32,000 nucleotides of DNA from Raphidiopsis brookii D9 (lineage in GTDB: Bacteria; Cyanobacteriota; Cyanobacteriia; Cyanobacteriales; Nostocaceae): NCBI GenBank assembly GCA_000175855.1, contig ACYB01000035.1, forward strand, positions 480,001 through 512,000, written 5' to 3'. Shown one piece after another: positions 27,496-32,000 of the stretch. Position numbers and translations under genes: made by a program. Each line of letters starts with the position of its first letter. Position 1 is the stretch's first letter. The notes beneath the pieces were generated by a model. It had not been told where the DNA came from, searched no databases, and worked only from the letters and a program-made list of their open reading frames with translations.

Positions 27496-28536
27496 TTGCA
27501 CAATCTTATATCACTAATGTTTGGTCTAATTGGACATCTGACAAGTTTAGAACACGCCCAGTCCGTGGCTCAGGATTTGGGGTACCCGGAATATGCTGAT
27601 CAAGGTCTAGATTTCTGGTGTAGCGCCCCTCCACAAATTGTGGACAATATCACAGTGACCAGCGTCACAGGTCAAAAAATCGAAGGAAAATATGTGGAAT
27701 CCTGCTTTTTACCGGAAATGCTAGCCACTAGACGGATTAAAGCAGCGACGCGAAAAATATTAAATGCTATGGCTCATGCCCAAAAGCATAATATTAACAT
27801 TACAGCTTTAGGCGGATTTTCTTCTATAATTTTTGAGAATTTTAATTTAGAGCAGTTTAAACAAGTTCGTAACCTAACCTTGGAGTTTGAAAGATTTACG
27901 ACGGGTAATACCCACACAGCTTATATTATTTGCCAACAGGTAGAGGTGGCAGCTAAACAGCTGGGTATAGAATTGAGTAAAGCAAATGTGGCAGTATGTG
28001 GAGCAACGGGTGATATTGGGAGTGCAGTTACGCGCTGGTTAGATAAAAAAACCGATGTGCAAGAACTGTTTTTGATTGCCCGCAACCAGGAACGTTTAGA
28101 GAAACTGCAAGCAGAACTGGGACGAGGGAAAATCATGGATCTACAACAAGCTTTACCCGAAGCGGATATTGTGGTTTGGGTAGCAAGTATGCCCAAGGGG
28201 GTGGAAATTGACCCAAAAGTTCTCAAACAACCATGCTTACTAATTGACGGGGGTTACCCAAAAAATCTGGGGACAAAAATTCAACATCCAGGGGTACATG
28301 TGTTGAACGGAGGAATTGTGGAACACTCTTTGGATATTGAGTGGAAGATTATGAAAATAGTCAATATGGATGTCCCTTCACGTCAGTTGTTTGCCTGTTT
28401 TGCTGAATCAATGTTATTGGAATTTGAGAAGTTATATACTAACTTTTCCTGGGGAAGGAATCAGATTACGGTAGACAAAATGGAGCATATAGGTCAACTA
28501 TCCCTCAAGCACGGTTTTAGACCATTATTAGTTTAG
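27496..28536 (+). CDS. aar: Long-chain acyl-[acyl-carrier-protein] reductase
   Basis: 346 aa; '[36 protein letters not shown]', '[19 protein letters not shown]' NAD(P)H-binding motif; directly downstream of ado. Confidence 0.97.
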   Translation: MHNLISLMFGLIGHLTSLEHAQSVAQDLGYPEYADQGLDFWCSAPPQIVDNITVTSVTGQKIEGKYVESCFLPEMLATRRIKAATRKILNAMAHAQKHNINITALGGFSSIIFENFNLEQFKQVRNLTLEFERFTTGNTHTAYIICQQVEVAAKQLGIELSKANVAVCGATGDIGSAVTRWLDKKTDVQELFLIARNQERLEKLQAELGRGKIMDLQQALPEADIVVWVASMPKGVEIDPKVLKQPCLLIDGGYPKNLGTKIQHPGVHVLNGGIVEHSLDIEWKIMKIVNMDVPSRQLFACFAESMLLEFEKLYTNFSWGRNQITVDKMEHIGQLSLKHGFRPLLV

Positions 28537-28587
28537 TAATAATGGCAAATACCTGATAATCAACTGATAACCGATAACTAACAGACC

Positions 28588-29568
28588 ATGGCAAACACTG
28601 AGCGCAAACCCCTACTGTTGGATTTTGAAAAGCCTTTGGCAGAACTGGCCAAAAGGATTGACCAAATTCGCGAATTAGCAGATGAAAATGGTGTGGACGT
28701 ATCCGGGCAAATCCGCCAACTGGAAACTAGGGCAATGCAACTGCGGGAGGAAATATTTAGCAGTTTAACACCGGCCCAAAAACTTCAGGTAGCTCGACAC
28801 CCCCGAAGACCAAGTACCCTGGACTATATCCAGTCTATCACTGATGAGTGGATGGAATTACATGGCGATCGCTGTGGAGGAGACGATCCAGCTTTGGTGG
28901 GTGGTGTGGCACGTTTAGGCGGACAGCCAGTAGTAATGTTAGGTCATCAAAAGGGTAGGGATACTAAGGATAATGTGGCCCGTAACTTTGGCATGGCAGC
29001 TCCGGGAGGATATCGCAAGGCCCTCAGACTCATGGAACATGCCAATAAGTTTTCTATGCCTATTATCACTTTTATTGATACTCCCGGTGCTTGGGCAGGT
29101 ATAGAAGCAGAACACCAAGGACAAGGAGAGGCGATCGCCTATAATTTGAGGCAAATGTTCTGTTTCGATGTACCAATTATTTGTACAGTGATTGGCGAAG
29201 GTGGATCCGGTGGTGCTTTGGGTATTGGAGTGGGAGACAGACTGTTAATGTTTGAACATTCAGTGTACACCGTTGCTACTCCAGAAGCATGTGCTGCAAT
29301 TTTGTGGAAAGATGCTAGTAAAGCTCCACAAGCTGCGGTAGCACTGAAAATCATTTCTCAAGATCTGAAAAATTTAGGTATTATCGACCATATTTTGCCG
29401 GAACCCCTAGGGGGAGCTCACGCAGATCCCCTAACGGCAGCGAATAGTCTTAAACAAGCCCTGTTAAATAGCCTAGATGAATTGAACCGACTAACACCAG
29501 CGGAACGCCGTCAACTCCGTTATGACAAATTTAGAAAAATAGGTGTGTTTCATGAGGTAGGTCACTAG
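28588..29568 (+). CDS. accA: Acetyl-CoA carboxylase carboxyltransferase subunit alpha
   Basis: 326 aa; '[20 protein letters not shown]', '[16 protein letters not shown]', '[27 protein letters not shown]', '[19 protein letters not shown]'. Confidence 0.97.
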   Translation: MANTERKPLLLDFEKPLAELAKRIDQIRELADENGVDVSGQIRQLETRAMQLREEIFSSLTPAQKLQVARHPRRPSTLDYIQSITDEWMELHGDRCGGDDPALVGGVARLGGQPVVMLGHQKGRDTKDNVARNFGMAAPGGYRKALRLMEHANKFSMPIITFIDTPGAWAGIEAEHQGQGEAIAYNLRQMFCFDVPIICTVIGEGGSGGALGIGVGDRLLMFEHSVYTVATPEACAAILWKDASKAPQAAVALKIISQDLKNLGIIDHILPEPLGGAHADPLTAANSLKQALLNSLDELNRLTPAERRQLRYDKFRKIGVFHEVGH

Positions 29569-29939
29569 TACCTTACAGAATAAATTTTCTCCCAAAAATA
29601 ACAACTAACTATATCTAACACAGCAACAATGTTATAATTAGTGGTGGAGTCTTAGAGATTCTTAACAGTCTAGAAAGGACACTTGTCAAAATGCCAACTC
29701 ATCTCTGATAAAGCGCGCAAAAAGCAACCCTGTGTTGACTCTGTTCATCAGAAATTGACACTTATAGTTTTGCTTTAGGTTTTCAAGATATATTCTAATG
29801 TAACCCTAACCACTTACAAGAGGTGCGATGCGAACCGGAACGACTACTCGGCTATCCATCGTGTCTGTTAGGAAAATAACAGAATTAATAAATTAGGGGT
29901 AGGTGGTAGCCCCTAGCACCGGCAAAAATTGGAGATAGA

Positions 29940-30665
29940 ATGAGTTTTGAGAAGAAAAAACGCGCTTTGATTACTGGTGCAAGTGCTGGAATTGGCAAAG
30001 GGACAGCTATAGCCTTTGCTAAAGAGGGGATAGATGTTGCATTAGTGGGCCGTTCCCAAGAAAAATTACAGGGGGTAGTAGCAGCAGCAAAAGCAGCAGG
30101 AGTGGAAGCAAAAGCTTTCGCGGTTGATTTAAGTTGTGTTTCCCAGGTAAAAGCTAAAATTCAGGCGATCGCTGATGAATTTGGAGACATAGATATTTTG
30201 GTCAACAATGCTGGTATGGGATACACTGGCAATTTAAGTGACACCTCCCTAGAAGATTGGCGGAGAGTAATAGACTTAAATCTCACCAGTGTATTTCAGT
30301 GTACGATGGGGATTTTACCCAGAATGAGACAAAGAGGAAAAGGGACAATTATTAACATAGCCTCTATAGCAGCTAAACAGGCCTTTGCTGGATGGGGGGT
30401 TTACTGTGTGAGCAAAGCTGGTTTATTGGCCCTATCTCAGACTTTAGCCCAGGAGGAGAGAGTTCACGGTATTCGAGTGAGCGCAATTTGTCCTGGGGCG
30501 GTCAACACCGAAATTTGGGATACAGAAACAGTAAATGCCAACTTTGACCGCAGTAAGATGTTAACTGCACAGACAGTAGCACAGACAATTCTACATAGTG
30601 CTTTATTACCCCAGGAAGCCGTAATTGAAGAATTAACTCTGATGTCTAACGACGGCGTGCTTTGA
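29940..30665 (+). CDS. Short-chain dehydrogenase/reductase (SDR, FabG-like)
   Basis: 241 aa; 'RALITGASAGIGKGTAIAF', 'NNAGMG', catalytic 'SIAAKQAFAGWGVYCVSKAG'. Confidence 0.93.
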   Translation: MSFEKKKRALITGASAGIGKGTAIAFAKEGIDVALVGRSQEKLQGVVAAAKAAGVEAKAFAVDLSCVSQVKAKIQAIADEFGDIDILVNNAGMGYTGNLSDTSLEDWRRVIDLNLTSVFQCTMGILPRMRQRGKGTIINIASIAAKQAFAGWGVYCVSKAGLLALSQTLAQEERVHGIRVSAICPGAVNTEIWDTETVNANFDRSKMLTAQTVAQTILHSALLPQEAVIEELTLMSNDGVL

Positions 30666-30704
30666 CTTGACAATAAACAATGACCAATTATCAAGACTAA
30701 TACC

Positions 30705-31412
30705 ATGACCATTGCTAGTTCTAACGGTTCCAGTCGCTTACAATCTCCGCTGATTCCTGATTTATCGCAAGCTATCAGTACTAGACCTGACCGGAACACT
30801 CATAATGGTAAGCAGCCAGATCTGCACCAACCTTCGGAAGAAAGCATAGAGCAGATGAAAGCAGCTGTGCAAACCATGCTCATAGGTGTAGGAGAAGATC
30901 CGCAGCGAGAAGGACTTCTGAAAACCCCCAAGCGTGTAGCAGAGGCGATGAAATTTCTCACCAGTGGTTATAATCAGTCCTTAGAGGAACTGGTCAACGG
31001 TGCGATTTTTGACGAGGGGCACGAAGAGATGGTGTTAGTGCGAGATATCAACTTCTTCAGTCTTTGTGAACATCACATGCTACCATTTATGGGTAGGGCA
31101 CACGTTGCTTACATTCCCAATAAAAAAGTAGTTGGGTTAAGTAAACTAGCCAGAATTGTAGAGATGTATGCTCGTCGTTTACAAGTGCAAGAAAGATTAA
31201 CCCGACAAATTGCAGAAGCGGTTCAAACTATTCTTGAACCCAAGGGTGTAGCTGTGGTGATGGAAGCCACCCACATGTGTATGGTAATGCGCGGGGTACA
31301 AAAACCTGGATCCTGGACCGTTACCAGCTCTATGATTGGTGTATTCCAAGACGAGCAAAAAACCCGGGAGGAATTTTTGAACTTGATTCGTCACCAAGCA
31401 GCATTCTTTTAG
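30705..31412 (+). CDS. folE: GTP cyclohydrolase I
   Basis: 235 aa; '[22 protein letters not shown]', '[50 protein letters not shown]', '[20 protein letters not shown]'. Confidence 0.97.
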   Translation: MTIASSNGSSRLQSPLIPDLSQAISTRPDRNTHNGKQPDLHQPSEESIEQMKAAVQTMLIGVGEDPQREGLLKTPKRVAEAMKFLTSGYNQSLEELVNGAIFDEGHEEMVLVRDINFFSLCEHHMLPFMGRAHVAYIPNKKVVGLSKLARIVEMYARRLQVQERLTRQIAEAVQTILEPKGVAVVMEATHMCMVMRGVQKPGSWTVTSSMIGVFQDEQKTREEFLNLIRHQAAFF

Positions 31413-31456
31413 GTTTAAGGGGAAATGGGGAATTTGGGGAAAACAAAACAGGGAGA

Positions 31457-31530
31457 CGGGACTGGTGCGACTTGAACGCACGACCTGTCGCTTAGGAGGC
31501 GACCGCTCTATCCAACTGAGCTACAACCCC
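31457..31530 (-). tRNA. tRNA-Arg (anticodon CCU)
   Basis: Reverse complement GGGGTTGTAGCTCAGTTGGATAGAGCGGTCGCCTCCTAAGCGACAGGTCGTGCGTTCAAGTCGCACCAGTCCCG; cloverleaf folds, anticodon loop CTCCTAA. Confidence 0.95.
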
Positions 31531-31584
31531 AAGAAAGTAAAAAATTGCTCCCCAATAAACTCCCTAGCAATTGTAACCTAGTTT

Positions 31585-32000
<416 letters not shown>

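Noticed and set aside
30464-30799. 111 aa minus ORF across SDR/folE
   Set aside because: Antisense to two confident CDSs.
31197-31495. ORFs overlapping the folE 3' end and tRNA-Arg
   Set aside because: The translations cover folE in wrong frames and one runs into the tRNA; not coding.

Overview
This window looks like an ordinary chromosomal segment of a filamentous (Nostocales-type) cyanobacterium. It carries about 17 GCGATCGC (HIP1) palindromes in 32 kb and many cyanobacterial core genes: pxcA, a fused modBC, a fused pyrF-pyrE, ndhF, psaI, the tic22 family, a rbcR-type LysR regulator, ado/aar/accA, folE and a tocopherol cyclase C-terminus. It also has tRNA-Ser(UGA) and tRNA-Arg(CCU). I see no phage, transposase or CRISPR array. 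The items most worth a second look are: (1) a same-strand cluster of a RecB/AddB-like P-loop protein, MsrA, an XPB-like SF2 helicase and a DUF790/Bax1-type nuclease, with the helicase and nuclease genes overlapping; (2) a probable single-nucleotide frameshift in a T6 run at the 5' end of pyrF-pyrE, found by reconstructing the missing N-terminus in another frame; (3) an unannotated remnant of a MalG-type sugar ABC permease with an internal deletion, between tRNA-Ser and ado; (4) a Tat-exported molybdoprotein plus cytochrome b pair about 3 kb from the molybdate transporter; (5) a thioredoxin with a WCGLC active site. None of these is proven to be a new system. The XPB-Bax1-MsrA-RecB-like cluster is the best candidate.
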